Notes: generated from the sequence alone by a model not told the origin. Positions 1 through 13,093 are shown, counted from the whole stretch's first letter. The stretch is DNA of 63,355 bases, filler included, from Piptocephalis cylindrospora (GCA_003614145.1; 27 parts of 27 records of this genome joined end to end with filler, not necessarily neighbours in it), one strand, 5' to 3'. Made by a program: numbers and translations.

Positions 1-572
1 CCCCCCGCCCCACCGCATTGCCCTGTACACAGCACAGCACCACATCATACTCCGCCTGCCCCTCCTGTCCCTTCCCTAACCTCCCTCATCTCATCCGCCT
101 TACTTTATCATCACGTATAGCTCTATCCTCCAGCCAACGTGCCCATCTCTCTCATCTGCTAGACTCATCACTGCTCGTTCGACCTCCCTGGTCGCTTGGC
201 CAAGCGCGGCCGCAGAGTACCCTCACAGCCATGCCCTTATTTCTATATTTGATAGTTTCTCCATTAGCCCTGATATGGTCTCATCTTTCTCCCTTCCTCT
301 CTCTTTTCTCTATCCCTTTCTCCTCTCCTCTCCTCTCCTCTCCTCTCCTCTTCCCTTTCCTCTTCTCTTCCCTTTCCTCTCGCCCTCTGCTCATTTCCTC
401 ACCGCGTTCCTTTATCTTCTGCGTCCATCCCATCCCACTCCACCTCACGTTTTCCTTCCACCATCGTCGCGAGTGCCACCACACCTTCAGCTTGCCTTCT
501 GATTCGTTCACCATCCACAGCGTCTCTTCTACCTCTTGACACCTTCTTCCCCCACTTCACCCTTCCCTCCTC

Positions 573-2313
573 ATGACTCAGCCCGACCCGGCCCAGCCTA
601 GGCAATCTACTCTATTGAGTGACCCAAACATCACGGCTGCTCAGGATGAACAGACGAGCTTGCTCCAACTGCTCCTTCGGCATAACTTTTCCCTTGGTGG
701 CTTCACCCGTCAAACCACGTCCATTCCAACAACTCCTCCGCCCCCTCCGCCCAAAGATGATGCGAATGGCGAGGGAGAGAGAAAGGAGGAGGGCAAGAGT
801 ACCTATGTCTCCTCCCCCTCTCCCCCCACGGGGTCCCCAGAGCATAAGGAAGTCGCGGCTGGGGGGGAGCATGAATTGACTCCTGGGCAGGTGACAGCGC
901 AGATCCTCGGGACAGAGACTCGGATGATCGAGCGACGGCGACACACAGTCTATAAGATCTTGGTGAATAGGGGGACAGCGCAATGGTGGAGGTTCCATCG
1001 CTATCAGGAATTCCGCGAGTTACGTATCGCCCTTCGGCCGTACGCGTATCATTCCCTTCCGGTGTTCCCAGGAAGGAAGTGGTGGTTCACAGACAACTTC
1101 TCCGCGGCCTTTGTCAATCAACGCAGGGCTGGTCTCTCCATGTGGCTAGCCGGGGTGATGGAAGATGAAAGGCTTCTGAGGGCTCCTCCTCTTCATCAAT
1201 TCCTGGACGATGGGCACGGATCGGTGTTTGGGGCCGAGGTGGATGAGCTTGGGTTGGGTGAAGGTATCGGCTCCTCCCAGATTCCACTTGGTCTTTCTGT
1301 ATCTGTGGCCACCGCCACCACGGAAAATGGGGGTGTAGGAGCAAAGGGGAGTGCTGGAGACAGGAGCCCAAAGAAGACTACTTCCCCTCCTACGTCCCCT
1401 GCCCCTTCGTCAATCACTCAGCTCTCCATGCCGCAACCTACGACTGGAGCCCCTGTCGCCCAGTTGAATGTGGCCTCCCTGGAGGGAGAGGAGGGGGAGT
1501 TTCATGGGGGGGGGCAGGAGCGGAAAGATCTGTGGTCTGGAGGCTGGGCTGTGCCTTATAATGAGACCGGTCAGCTGGCCGGTTCATCGGGAAGTAAGGG
1601 GGGGGGGGAGGGGATGAGGAGTTAATCGATTGGTCATTGGATGGGTCCAGCCCCCCAGGAACCAACCCATCTTCCGGAACCTCTACTCCCTCTTCCCCCT
1701 CCTCCCCCTCCTCCTCCCCATCCCCTCTGGCTAATGGGGGAAAAAATAGGATCTCTCGGCCCCCAAGGGCCCCCATGGGCCACGCTCATCACCGGAGCTC
1801 AAGACCTCGGGCAGGGAGCGCAGCTGGGAGGCAGAGGCAGCACAGTGAAGTTAACCGGAAGAGAGCAAAGTCCCGGGTACAAGTCACAGGCCTGGATGAT
1901 TTCACGTTGCTGCGCGTGGTGGGATCTGGGTCGTATGGAAAGGTGATGCTCGCGAGGCACAAGGCGTCAGGGAAGGTGTATGCGGTGAAAGCGCTATCAA
2001 AGAAGCACTTGGCGCAAAATCCACAGGAGGCGCTGCGAGTGATGTCAGAGAGGAATGTGCTCAAGTCAAATGTGCAGCATCCATTCCTCCTAGGCCTGCG
2101 GTACTCGTTCCAATCGGCGCACAAGCTGTACTTTTGCGTGGATTACGTAAATGGCGGAGAGCTCTTCTTCCATCTGCAAAAGGAGGGGCAGTTCTCAGAG
2201 GAGCGAGTGAGGTTCTACACGATGGAGATGGTGAGTGCGCTCGAGTATTTGCACTCCAGGGGCTATGTATACCGGGATTTGAAGCCGGAAAACTGCCTAC
2301 TGGACTCGGAGGG
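573..2313 (+). CDS. PX-domain AGC Ser/Thr kinase, SGK3/CISK-like, 3' partial; split over two frames
   Basis: ORF 573-1625 holds a PX domain (HTVYKILV...[10 protein letters not shown]...[10 protein letters not shown]...[13 protein letters not shown]). The kinase frame is open from 1598 and reads [65 protein letters not shown], which is SGK-like. The frames join through a GTAAG..CAG intron at 1594-1658 or one extra G in the G11 run at 1598-1608. Confidence 0.85.
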
Positions 2314-2413
2314 NNNNNNNNNNNNNNNNNNNNNNNNNNNNNNNNNNNNNNNNNNNNTTAATTAATTAANNNNNNNNNNNNNNNNNNNNNNNNNNNNNNN
2401 NNNNNNNNNNNNN
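2314..2413. other. Artificial contig-joining linker N44-TTAATTAATTAA-N44 (first of 26 identical linkers)
   Basis: The identical 100-bp unit, with stops in all six frames, starts at 2314, 4723, 7130, 9534, 11936, 14333, 16620, 19012, 21401, 23788, 26170, 28441, 30820, 33198, 35574, 37827, 40183, 42534, 44884, 47233, 49470, 51811, 54148, 56480, 58810 and 61028. Confidence 0.99.
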
Positions 2414-4822
2414 CTTCCCCTTTTCTACCTCTTCTTATCCCTCTCCTCTCTCTCCTTTCACCGTATTCCTATTACTCTTCCCCATTCTACTTGGGCATCC
2501 CTCTTCCTTCCTCCACTACCCTTACCTGCCAACCCCCCAACCCCTCCCGATCTTTACACTTGTTGTGTCTTCCCAAGGAAAGCATTCGAGTTCCCCCCCC
2601 CTCTTCACCATCCTTAGTAGCGTATATACGCGCGTGTGTTTAAATTCAAAACACAACCCCCTCTCCTTAGTAGTAGTCCTGGGCATTACCGGCTCTTGTC
2701 CTTCCACCCTCCTCCCCCTTCCCCCCTTGCTCTCAGTCTACCTCTAGTTCTCTTTTCCTGGTGCACAAGTTGAGCTTGAGCCTTGTCTACTGCCTTCCTT
2801 CATCCCTGGCCCTTGCTCCTTTTCTCCACTTTTCCAGAGTTCATCCTCGTCCAAAGTCCACCTTTTTTGGTGAGTCCCTCTCCTCCCTCCATCCTCATCG
2901 ATTCAGCGCTCATCTTCACCTGTCCCATCTAGGCTTAATCCATCCCCCTTTTTACTGTGGTGACTACTTGCCCCCTCCATTCCTCCAACTCACCTTGAAC
3001 CCCCCTTTCCTGGCTGAATTTTGGTAAGTGATCGTCTGGATCAAATGAAAGAAGGATGATTAGGGTTTGTATGACCTTTTTTTTATCTCGTCGATCCTCT
3101 CTGTCTGTCTCTTGTTCTCTTGTACTACCATCCTGCTTGGACGGGTTGTGGTGGTATGAGCCCTGTTCATCTGTCTATGCCCTTTTCTCTCTCTCTCACA
3201 CTGTATCTGTATCTTCCTTGTTCTCGGCGTGTATCTCCTCTCTCGTTGATGCGGAGAGTGAGCCAACCTCTCTCCCCCTCCCTTCCCCCCCTTCTTCCTC
3301 CTCCATCATCACAATGGAATGATGATAGAGTGAGAAAAAGGGGGAGGAACCAGTAAGGATGAAATCGGAGTCTCCCTTCCTCCCTCCCTTTCTCTCTCTC
3401 TGTATGTAGATGTGAGTCCGCTTCAAGAGGGGGTAAAAGGGGGGAGAGTGTGAGAGAAGCGGCGCAAAAGCTCCTCTGCCTCACCTTTTGTGTATGTGTA
3501 TGTGGTAGGGAAGGAGTGTGAATGGCTCGCTGCTCCAATCCCTTCCCTCCCCTCCCCCTCCCCCTTTTTTCCCTCTCCGACCCCCATTCTCATACGGTGT
3601 ATGGCCCTGTCTCATTCTCACCTCCCAAACCCCGACCCTTTTTTCCTTCTCCGATCCACTCTCCGCCCTTCTCCCACACACCTTCAATCCCATATGACTC
3701 CGACACTCTCCTCCCAGGTATGTGTCTGAACCTTATAAGAGATAAGGGGAAAAAGGAGCAAAGGAAAATAAGGGCAGTCATGATGCGGATAATGATACCG
3801 AGGATACACGAGGGGGGGGAGCATAGTGAAAAAGGGGGAAAGAGGGTCAAGGCCCAAGAAGAGAGGACAAGGAGAGGAAGCTTCTTGCTCGTGTACCCTT
3901 TCTTTCAATTCTCCCTTGATTTCCTTACATCAACCTGCATCCTCCTCCTCTTTCTCTCTCTCTCTCCCTTTCCTTCTACTTCACTGTATAACCTTTTCTC
4001 TTGTTTTCACCTCTTCCCTCCCCCAGCTTACTCTCATCCTTTGTACATCCCCGCTTTCCATTGTACAAGGGTTCCTTCCTCCTTTTCCTCCTCCTTTCTC
4101 CTCCCCCTCCTCCTTCTCCTCCTCCTCCCACATCCTCGTCTGATTGCGTGAATCTTTGGAGAAAGGGTGAGTATGTCTATGATCCATCCCCTTCCCTCCC
4201 CTTCCTTCCCCTTCCTCCTCTCTCTCTCTTCAAGGTAAAGGGGAAAGGAACATTCCATTCCATTCCATCTCCCCTTCCCCCCCTCTCTCTTACACGTGAG
4301 GTGGACTCGAAACTAAATGGAATGGACCCTTCCGAGCTTCATTCATCTCCCTCTCTCCTTCTCTCTCTTTCTCTTTCATCCTTCTCTCGCACTTGCATTT
4401 CCCTCTCTCCTCCATCCCTTCATCTTTCCCTTTCTCTAGTGATCTTGTACACTAACCAACCATTTTCATCCTCTCCTCCCCCCCATTACAAAGGTCCATT
4501 CCCCACCCGTCCCTCACTCCCACTTGACCTCTGCCTCCTTAGACTCTAGGCCATCTCCCCCCCCCCCCCCCCCCCCCCCCACCCCCCCCAAACCGCTCCA
4601 AATCCCCTTCCCCCCCCCTCTCCCCCCCCCCCCCTGGAGACCGGCATCGCTCTTTCCAAACCCCCTTCTTTCTTGTCCATCTACATCGTATCTTATCTAG
4701 CAGACACGAGAGTCCGGGGATTNNNNNNNNNNNNNNNNNNNNNNNNNNNNNNNNNNNNNNNNNNNNTTAATTAATTAANNNNNNNNNNNNNNNNNNNNNN
4801 NNNNNNNNNNNNNNNNNNNNNN

Positions 4823-7129
4823 GGTTCTTAGGCCTGGAGGAAAGAGGTAAGGTGAGGGATGATCAAGGAATGTGTCAGGAGAGTCGCGCCCTCGACTCCT
4901 CCGACCCTCCTCCCCCGGCCCCCCGGAGGCCCCCAAGATCCCCTCTCGACCCGGCAGGACTCGATCGATCAGGGTGATCAGGCCTCCCTCCTCCGTCGTA
5001 GTAGCAACCGTCTGTCCCAAATGTCTCAGTCATCCGTGGGTCGACGCATCTCCGGAGTCTGGAGGACCTTTTCGCTCAATCGTGATGGGCTCCGCGACCG
5101 TGGGAAAGGGGATCGCAGTGCCTTTGAGCGGACCAGCTGGGCCGATCTTCAGGTCGGCGACATCGTCCACCTTTCTGCCGATGATCCCGTCCCCGCTGAT
5201 CTTCTCATCCTCTCCACCTCCGATGCTCAGGGCGGGGAGTGCTTCATCGAGACCAAGAGTCTGGATGGTGAGACCAACCTCAAGCTTCGTCAGGCCCCCA
5301 CGCCCATTTCCTGGGTCCGTCAACCCTCTGACGCCGCCCGCGCCAAGTTGTGGCTCGAGGCCGAACCCGCCTCCACCCAGCTCTACTCCTTCCACGGCAC
5401 CCTTCATGTTGATCCCGAGCACTATCGCGAGGATTGGATCAACTCTACTATGGGAAGGAAGGCTGGGCGTTCCAGAGGCATTGATGCCGCGGACTCCTCC
5501 CGCTTCTCCCACATCTCCTCCCGCTCCCCCCGCACCCCCTCCCAGCTCTCTCCTGCCTTTCCCAGGGCCTCCAGGGCCGAGACTGGCCCTGAGATCGAAC
5601 GTGTTTCCCCCCTCTCCCACGAATCCTCCCCGGGACCCCTAGCCAAGGTCGATAGCAGTGACCAGGGGGCCGAAGCCATAGATCTTCCTGAGGTCCGTAC
5701 CAACTGGGAATCCATCCCCATCAGTCTGGATAATATGCTCTGGCGTGGGTGTGTCCTCCGGAACACCAATTGGGTCGTCGGTATGGTCGTCTACGCCGGC
5801 CACGAAACCCGTATCATGCTCAATGGTGGCAACACCCCTAGTAAACGTTCCAGGATCGAAAAGGTCATGAATGTCCAGGTCATCTACTCCTTCATCTTCC
5901 TCTTCTCCCTCTGTCTCATTTGCTCTATCGTCTATGGCCACTATTTTTCGGGATGGGATAACGGTACGGCCCTGGAGACCTTTGCTGGTAATCCTGACTA
6001 CAGTCCTGGTCTTGCTGGCTTTATCAACTTTTGGTACGTTGCTTCCCTTGATCCGATACACCGGGAACCGCTTCACTCCTTCACAGACTTATCCTCTTTC
6101 CCCCCATCCCATCCCCTCCAGGTTTGCCCTTATTATCTTCCAGAATATCATCCCCATCTCCTTGTACATTTCCATCGAGTTTGTCAAGACCTTCCACGCC
6201 TTCTTCATCAGTCAGGATGTACGCATGTATGACCCCGTCACCAATGCTTCTTGCGTCCCACGATCCTGGAATCTTTCAGATGATCTAGGTCAAGTTGAGT
6301 ATGTTTTCTCCGATAAGACCGGTACCCTGACCCGGAATATTATGGAGTTCCGTCAGTGCGTCATTGGTGATCATTCTTACGGTGGGAATGGCGGCATGGA
6401 TCACACTGCCCAGGCCGAAAGGGATGTCTCGGAGGAGGATGCTCAGGAGTTCTTCCGGGAGATGCACTCCACTTTCACCCCCAAGTACAGCTGTGTCGAG
6501 GGTAAGGACCTCACTTTTGGTGATCCCTCCCTCTTCCGGCATCTCCGGGGTACCGAGGGTCCTAATCAGGCCCAAGCCCTCCATCGTTTTTTCACCGTCC
6601 TTGCCCTATGCCACACTGCTGTCGTCGATGAGGGTGATGGTGACGATTCCGGTGATTCCACTACCCCCCCCAAACCCTCTCCCTCAGGATCTTCCTCGGA
6701 ATCAAAGCGTATTATTTACAAGGCAGAATCTCCTGATGAAAAGGCCCTGGTCGGCGCTGCTGCTGATGTGGGCTTTGCCTTTCTACGTCGCCAACGCACT
6801 ACCATTACCCTCTCCGTCCTTGGTGAGGAGCAGACCTGGGAGCAGCTTCAGATCCTTGCCTTTGATAGTACTCGCAAGCGTATGAGTGTTGTGGTTAGAC
6901 GCGTGGACGAGGGTAAGAGTAACGATCCCACCCATGGCCATGTCCTTCTCATGACCAAGGGAGCCGATAATGTTATCATGGAGCGGCTTGCTCCTGGCCA
7001 GGACGAGAAGATTCGGAAGACCAATCGATCCATCGATGCCTATTCCAATGAGGGTAAGCGTCTTTTTCTTTTCTTGACACATTCCTTGATCATCCCTCAC
7101 CTTACCTCTTTCCTCCAGGCCTAAGAACC
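4823..7129 (+). CDS. P4-type ATPase phospholipid flippase (DNF/DRS2 family), internal fragment
   Basis: Motifs VGDIV, ETKSLDGETNLK, PSKRSRIEK, IIPISLY, SDKTGTLT, ESPDE, FDSTRKRMSV, KGADNVI and EGLRT. Introns at 6034-6121 and 7054-7118 restore the frame. Confidence 0.97.
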
Positions 7130-7293
7130 NNNNNNNNNNNNNNNNNNNNNNNNNNNNNNNNNNNNNNNNNNNNTTAATTAATTAANNNNNNNNNNNNNNN
7201 NNNNNNNNNNNNNNNNNNNNNNNNNNNNNGAGTCATTCAATAAACGAAGACTACCCGGTAGAAGCAGGATCCAATGGGTCCGGAAGGCAGTCT

Positions 7294-7557
7294 CTAATAA
7301 AAATCATATGGCTTGAAGTTTACGCGAGGAGTGGTTGCCAAGGCAGTTCGGGTCTGGGGCTTGGGCTTGGGCTTATTCAAACCAAATTTGGTTTTGCCGG
7401 CATCAATGGCCAAGACAATGGTCTTTTCGAACCTATCTGTCATCATATCGGCAATGGAGCTCGGCCTTTTTTCCCCATCTGTAATTGGAAAGGCCAGACC
7501 CCAAGTAACCAAAGCCAAGAAGACAAGGGGATTGGTAAGGGTCAACGCTGGCCGCAT
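7294..7557 (-). CDS. Putative small secreted orphan protein (87 aa)
   Basis: ATG at 7557 gives MRPALTLTNPLVFLALVTWGLA-FP, a signal-peptide-like start. It is followed by a DGEKR dibasic site and a basic C-terminus (KPKPKPQTR). No family recognised. Confidence 0.5.
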   Translation of the reverse strand: MRPALTLTNPLVFLALVTWGLAFPITDGEKRPSSIADMMTDRFEKTIVLAIDAGKTKFGLNKPKPKPQTRTALATTPRVNFKPYDFY

Positions 7558-9633
7558 GAGAGGATGGGGAATGTATGAGAGAATGAGGGAGGAGATCGGT
7601 GGAGAGGGAATGAGGGGGCGAGATGGTGGACGTGAAGGATCAGGGATGTGGATGATGAACGAGGGTGTGAGGGAAGGGAAGGAAAGAAGGAATGTTGGAG
7701 CTGTCAAGGATGACACGGGTAGATCCAAGAAGAGGCAATATGGAACAGGTAGCTCAGTTGGTCAAGTGCGACTGGAGGCCTGGATCTCAAGTATCTCCGA
7801 CCAAAAGTGGGTTGTTTTTAACTCCGAATTGAAAAGATGTTTTTAAGAGGTAGTAATTTCGGGATGTGTGCTATGCATGAGGAGAGGCCTTTGGAGGGTG
7901 AGCGGTGCCAGTACCCACATACTAAACTGTGTGCAAGGTAGTGCTCGGGCCTATCTACCTATGCTGACAGGCGAAAATTTTCTAGGTAAACCCTACAAAG
8001 CAACATAGCTGGTATGGAAACCAAAAAAATAAATGGGTTTTCAGATCAAAGGGGGGGGGTTTTGAAGGAGATACGTCTCATTTTACTCATGATAATAATA
8101 CTGTCTTGACACGAGGACCCCCTAACTCCAACCCTACAATCGGTCGTTTTATCCCATGAACTTTCAATTCGCCCACCGGCAAGACCCGCCCTAAGGCTGG
8201 TACTAAAATCGCTCTTCCTATTGCTGACCATTGGTCTTATTGTGGGCAAGCCTTTCATTAGTATATATCCAAAGGTAAATTGAATTCGTGCTGTATACAT
8301 TATCTCATACAGAACTACATCCTCTTATATCGGTAACCCTAAGCTTCCAAGGGGATAAACTCTATCTGGGTGCCCTACTATATCAGTTTTTCCGCCCCAT
8401 CAAAGGAAAGCGCTCTTACAAGTCGTCTTGTTCCATCGGGCAATAATGCCTCCGATACTTACCTACTGCCTTTTATCAATGACGGGATCTCAACGTGAGA
8501 TCCCACGACTCTGTCTGCAACAATTCCTATCCAGAGAAAAAGCCTCATCCTTTCACTATGTGTGTACGAACTTCCTCGTCTCCTCTTGCCAAAGAAACAT
8601 CGGGCAGCGGAGTATGAATTGCCCCTTTCCTCCACATACCCAGTCAGTGCACAAGGCTCCATCCCTGCAGGGTGGAGCAAAGTAAGAAGTGTTTGCGACC
8701 AATGGTAATAGCCCTGGCCAATGGTCTTTCAAGGTCCGCCAGTACTCCGGATTAGGCTATTTCAAGATCCGATAGACTCTAGGATCCGACAATTCCCTTT
8801 CTTTTCCTTTCCTATTCCTCTACCTCACAGTTCCTTTGCGTCCGACACTAGCCTATTTTTATCCCAGCAGGTCTGGTCAAACGGCTCATCCTGCTTCTTT
8901 GCCAGTCACTCGTTCCATATCATCTATTCCAAACACCGCCAGGTAGGTTGTTCCCGGGAGAGAGAGTCAGGGCCTTTGGGAACGTTAGTCGCTGGGCATG
9001 CAACCCTTGCACACTCCAATTACTGTATATAACCTGGTCAGCTCTTGGGGTCGCCGGTCCCATGATCACTGATATTCACCCTTTCCTCTTACAATCCTCT
9101 CCGTCTTCCTTTGCCATCTCCCATCTTCTCCCCGCCCCACCCCCCTCCCCACCGCCGGTTCCTCCATACTCGGTAAGGTATCCCTCTCTTTCCCCCGCTC
9201 TCCTCATCCTGGTTGCTTATGTCACCTTTACTCTGACAGATAACCACTATATCCCTTCTTTGCTTTATTGGTTCGACATCAACTCCATCGACACACTCAA
9301 CCTCCCATCCTCTGACCCTCTTTCTTCTCGACCCTCCATAATTCCCCCTCTTAATCTTAGGTGATAGAGTGCAACGCCAGTCGTCTGTCCTTTCCGCCCC
9401 CCCCTTCTTCATTCCGCCTCGTTTCCGCTTCTCATCTTCCCCAGATTCATCTCCTTGATTGGAGTGATACTCTTCTCCCCCCTCTTCTTCATTCCTCTTC
9501 CCCTTCCTCTCAATGCACTCTTCCGTCTCCATCNNNNNNNNNNNNNNNNNNNNNNNNNNNNNNNNNNNNNNNNNNNNTTAATTAATTAANNNNNNNNNNN
9601 NNNNNNNNNNNNNNNNNNNNNNNNNNNNNNNNN

Positions 9634-10763
9634 ACGATCAATTTGGTCAGACTGATGGGGCTCCTGGTGGTTTCCCAGGAGCTGGGGGCTTCCCAGGAGC
9701 GGGTGGCGGGTTTCCTTGGGGCTCGGATGGTGGAGGCATGGGTGGAGGTTTTGATGCCAACGATCTCTTTGGCGCCATGTTCGGTCAGGGCAGGCCCGGA
9801 GCCCGGGGAGCAGGAGCCGGAGGAGGCATGGAGATGGGAGAGGATGTTCGAGCTTCCCTAGGCCTTACCTTCATGGAGGCGGCTAAGGGTGTGTCCAAGA
9901 AGGTACGCATCCGCCCGGTCGTTGTATGCTCCCCGTGCTCTGGGAAGGGCACGAAGCCTGGAAAGTCTCCAAAAACGTGCCGGGCGTGTGGGGGGCGTGG
10001 AACGCGGATCTTGCAGCAAGGTGGTTTCCATATGGCTATGCCCTGTGGGGAGTGCGGGGGTACAGGATCATCCATCTCCCCGGGAGATGCCTGTGGATCC
10101 TGCGGGGGCGAAGGCCGGGTCAGGGAGATGCGGGAAGTTACCGTCACCATCCCTCCCGGTGTCGAGGAGGATATGCGGGTGCGAGTAGCCGGGGAGGGTG
10201 ATGCCCCTCTTCATGGCGGGGGTCGGAGGGGGGGTCTTTTGGTCCGAGGGGGTTTCGCCCCCAGCTCCACTTTTCGGCGGCAGGGATCCGACGTGTATGT
10301 ATCCACCTCAGTCCCATGGTGGAAAGCCGTGTTGGGAGGGGAGGTGCGAGTACCCACCATTGATGGAGATGTTCATCTCCGTGTGCCTGCCGGTACCCAA
10401 CCAGGGGATTCGGCGGTTATGCGTCAACGTGGCCTTCCTCGCCTTCACCCGGCCTTGGGTGGGACTGGGGGAGGCAAGGGTGACCAGTACGTGGAGATGA
10501 AGGTCACTCTGCCTAAGGGCCCCTTGGAGGGGGAGAAGCTCAAGATGATGCAGCGCTTTGCTGAACTCGAGGGTGGCGCAGAGGAGGTCAAGCCCGGTAA
10601 ATCGGGAAAATCTGGCTCTGGAGGGGATAAACGGGAACTGCATACCTCAGCGGCCTCCATTAATGGAAAGGGAGAGGGAAAGGGCATCTTGGGTAGCCTT
10701 TTTGACCGTGTTAAGGCACGGAAAGCTGACCCATCTGAGGCTGAGGAGGAAAAGAAAGAGTAG
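9634..10763 (+). CDS. MDJ1: Type I DnaJ/Hsp40, mitochondrial Mdj1-like, 5' partial
   Basis: G/F-rich region, LTFMEAAKG, four CxxCxGxG repeats, and DnaJ C-terminal motifs (IPPGVE, VRVPTIDGDVHLRVPAGTQPGD, GDQYV). The J domain lies off the contig. Confidence 0.85.
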
Positions 10764-11132
10764 AAGGTGTCATAACGATGGAAGGTTGAACGGGGTAGGA
10801 TTGGCATGTCATGAATAGATGACCGGGCGATCATTTAACGATGATACATTAGTAAGTTTTTATTTAGGGCTGACCATCGTCATTATGTTACTATGAAGGT
10901 AAATGTAAAGAGATTAGGCTGAACGGTACAAAAGAGATAGCCGAAAAACAATACATTCCACCCTGTTTGCCCCATTGAAGAGGTTCCTATCCACATCCAT
11001 TCATTTCCTCTTCCTCGCCATCCAGAAGCACATTCACGCACTCAAACACGCAGACATAATGGGGAACTTGATGAAGGCTGATGCGTTTCACCTTCCTATC
11101 CCTACGATATACAGGAGGGAGAAAAGGACGGA

Positions 11133-11935
11133 TCAAAGGGCATGCACAGGACAACCCCGGCCACGAACAAGCCAGGCATCCACACATGCCCGATGAAAGT
11201 GACACATGCAATTAAGGCACGCTACCGGGTCATCTACATGCGTGTCCAAGGGATTTGAGGCAAAGTGAATAAACTTGACCCTCCCATCTCAGATTTCCAC
11301 CCTAAATGACATGATCACGTACTGGCAGCGAAATCCTCAAAGCAAATGAGGCACTCTTGACCAATGAGTGTGGAGGTTCCTGTAAGCGAGTAGGCTGAAG
11401 AGGTAGGTGTGAAAATTGAGTTGAGTTGAGTTGTGAACCAAGACATCATCCAAATGTCAAATACTCAGAAAAAAACCTACCAGCATATCGAACACCTCCG
11501 AGGGATGGAGCTGAGGTACGGGGGTTGGACCGGACTAAAATATCCCTTCCATCACCCTCCCCACCCTCACTCTCACCGCCTCTCCCTTCCAAACATCGGG
11601 AAACATGCCGTTCGCGTTCAGTCAAGGAGGCCAAAGTGTCTAGGACAAGGAGACACACGGGACACTCGGACATCTCACTAGATTGACTACTGCGCCTGCC
11701 TCGTCCTCCTCCAAGGATCATCCTTCGGGCCTCCCCAGCCTGTGGCTCCGTCGGTGAGGGAGAGCTCATGGGAGTGATCTGACCTAGGGCCTCATGACAC
11801 CCCTCACATACCCTCTGGAAGGTCATGCTCCCATCCCCCATCCTCCCTCCTTCGCCCCTACTTCGAACGGCCAGCAAGGCTCGGTGTCGAGTGCACGTTC
11901 CGCAAAAGACAAGGCCGCACCTCCGGCAATGGTGT
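11133..11935 (-). CDS. PIB1: FYVE-RING E3 ubiquitin ligase (Pib1-like), 5' partial
   Basis: The minus strand from the contig end reads HHCRRCGLVFCGTC...QRVCEGC (FYVE), then ECPVC...ERERHVSRCLE. Across two introns it continues ECLICFEDF / VACLNCMCHFHRACVDAWLVRGRGCPVHAL* (RING). TGA at 11133-11135. Confidence 0.88.
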
Positions 11936-12035
11936 NNNNNNNNNNNNNNNNNNNNNNNNNNNNNNNNNNNNNNNNNNNNTTAATTAATTAANNNNNNNNN
12001 NNNNNNNNNNNNNNNNNNNNNNNNNNNNNNNNNNN

Positions 12036-12699
12036 CTGGGGTGTAGTAGTAGATAGCCTCCTCTCGGCCGACGACGAGATACCCGGTCTTTGGATGGACG
12101 ATGGCACAATCCACCCCACAACCCGTCTCATCCAGGACCTGAACGACATCTTTACCCAGGAGTCCAGGTCCCTGGGTGGTGGAGGTGCATACCAGGGTTT
12201 TAGCCACGGTGGTGATGTACAACGTGGGGTCCAGGAGACCCCGGTAGCCAAGCGAAGTGATGGGCTCAGGGCTAGAATGGAGGCAGCGTTGCTTCAATGA
12301 TCGATCTCGGAGGATATCCCCGGTGACGAGGATGACCTGGCCATCCGCAAAGCCCAAGGCAATCTGCTCCAGAGATCCCAGAAGGGCAAGGGAAGTGACG
12401 GGGTAGGGTCGTTCACCGGTACGCACAGGGATGGATCGAAGAAGGATGGGGGTGACGGAGATGAGAGAGGACGAAGCCCCGGATGCGCCCTTTCCCGAGG
12501 TCTCCGGAGGGGATAATCCCAGGGAGGAGGGGAGGGAGGAAGGAACTTTGCTCAGGTCCCAAATCTGCAGGAGAGGTGCTACCTCCTCGTCCTCGGTCAG
12601 GGTCACCAAGGTGGTATCCCCGTCACCACCGACACGGAGGAAGGTTAGGCGACCGGTGGGGAGACCAGTATCAAAAGAATGGGTCTGGAAGGTTCGATC
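12036..12699 (-). repeat. 664-bp inverted copy of the VPS11 segment 13669-14332 (probable amplification chimera)
   Basis: It is the reverse complement of 13669-14332, and the ORF track gives identical peptides. Identity stops abruptly at a GATC at 12696-12699. Confidence 0.95.
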
Positions 12700-13093
12700 T
12701 CCAACGGCCTAGAGAGCTCAAGTGCCTCATCTAGTGATGGTACATGGTTGGATATATGCGCGAATCCTACCGGATAGGGTATTATTCTAAGCATCCGAAC
12801 TTTTCGTAGTCCTCTCGGTGCAGATGGATGAATACAATGGGGCTGAAGGATGTGTACTTTCTTAGGATTTAGAGTACATTTAAGATGTTAATCTTATTTT
12901 TTAGATATAAAAATATACTGCCATTTCTCATTCTTCTAAATGTTTTGGAGGTACATACATAAGCTTGTGAATCATATCGTGGAATGCAATGTAATTTATT
13001 TGATGCAAAACATTTTCACAGCTACTAAGTAATTGGATTATTAGCTCCGTTAGCATTTCAATAGTATCTAATAATAATAACAATCGTAATACA

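Noticed and set aside
18..4549. Many Ser/Pro/Leu/Phe-rich or Gly/Arg/Glu-rich ORFs in the track, here and at 26214-28488 and 43197-44763
   Set aside because: They are by-products of stop-poor CT/GA low-complexity DNA or antisense shadows of real genes, with no motifs. The PX/kinase ORFs at 573-2313 are the exception.
7850..9533. Coding-like stretches, e.g. ORF 8948-9364
   Set aside because: Several short frames with stops, no recognisable domain and no consistent splice model. Possibly a decayed gene, but unsupported.
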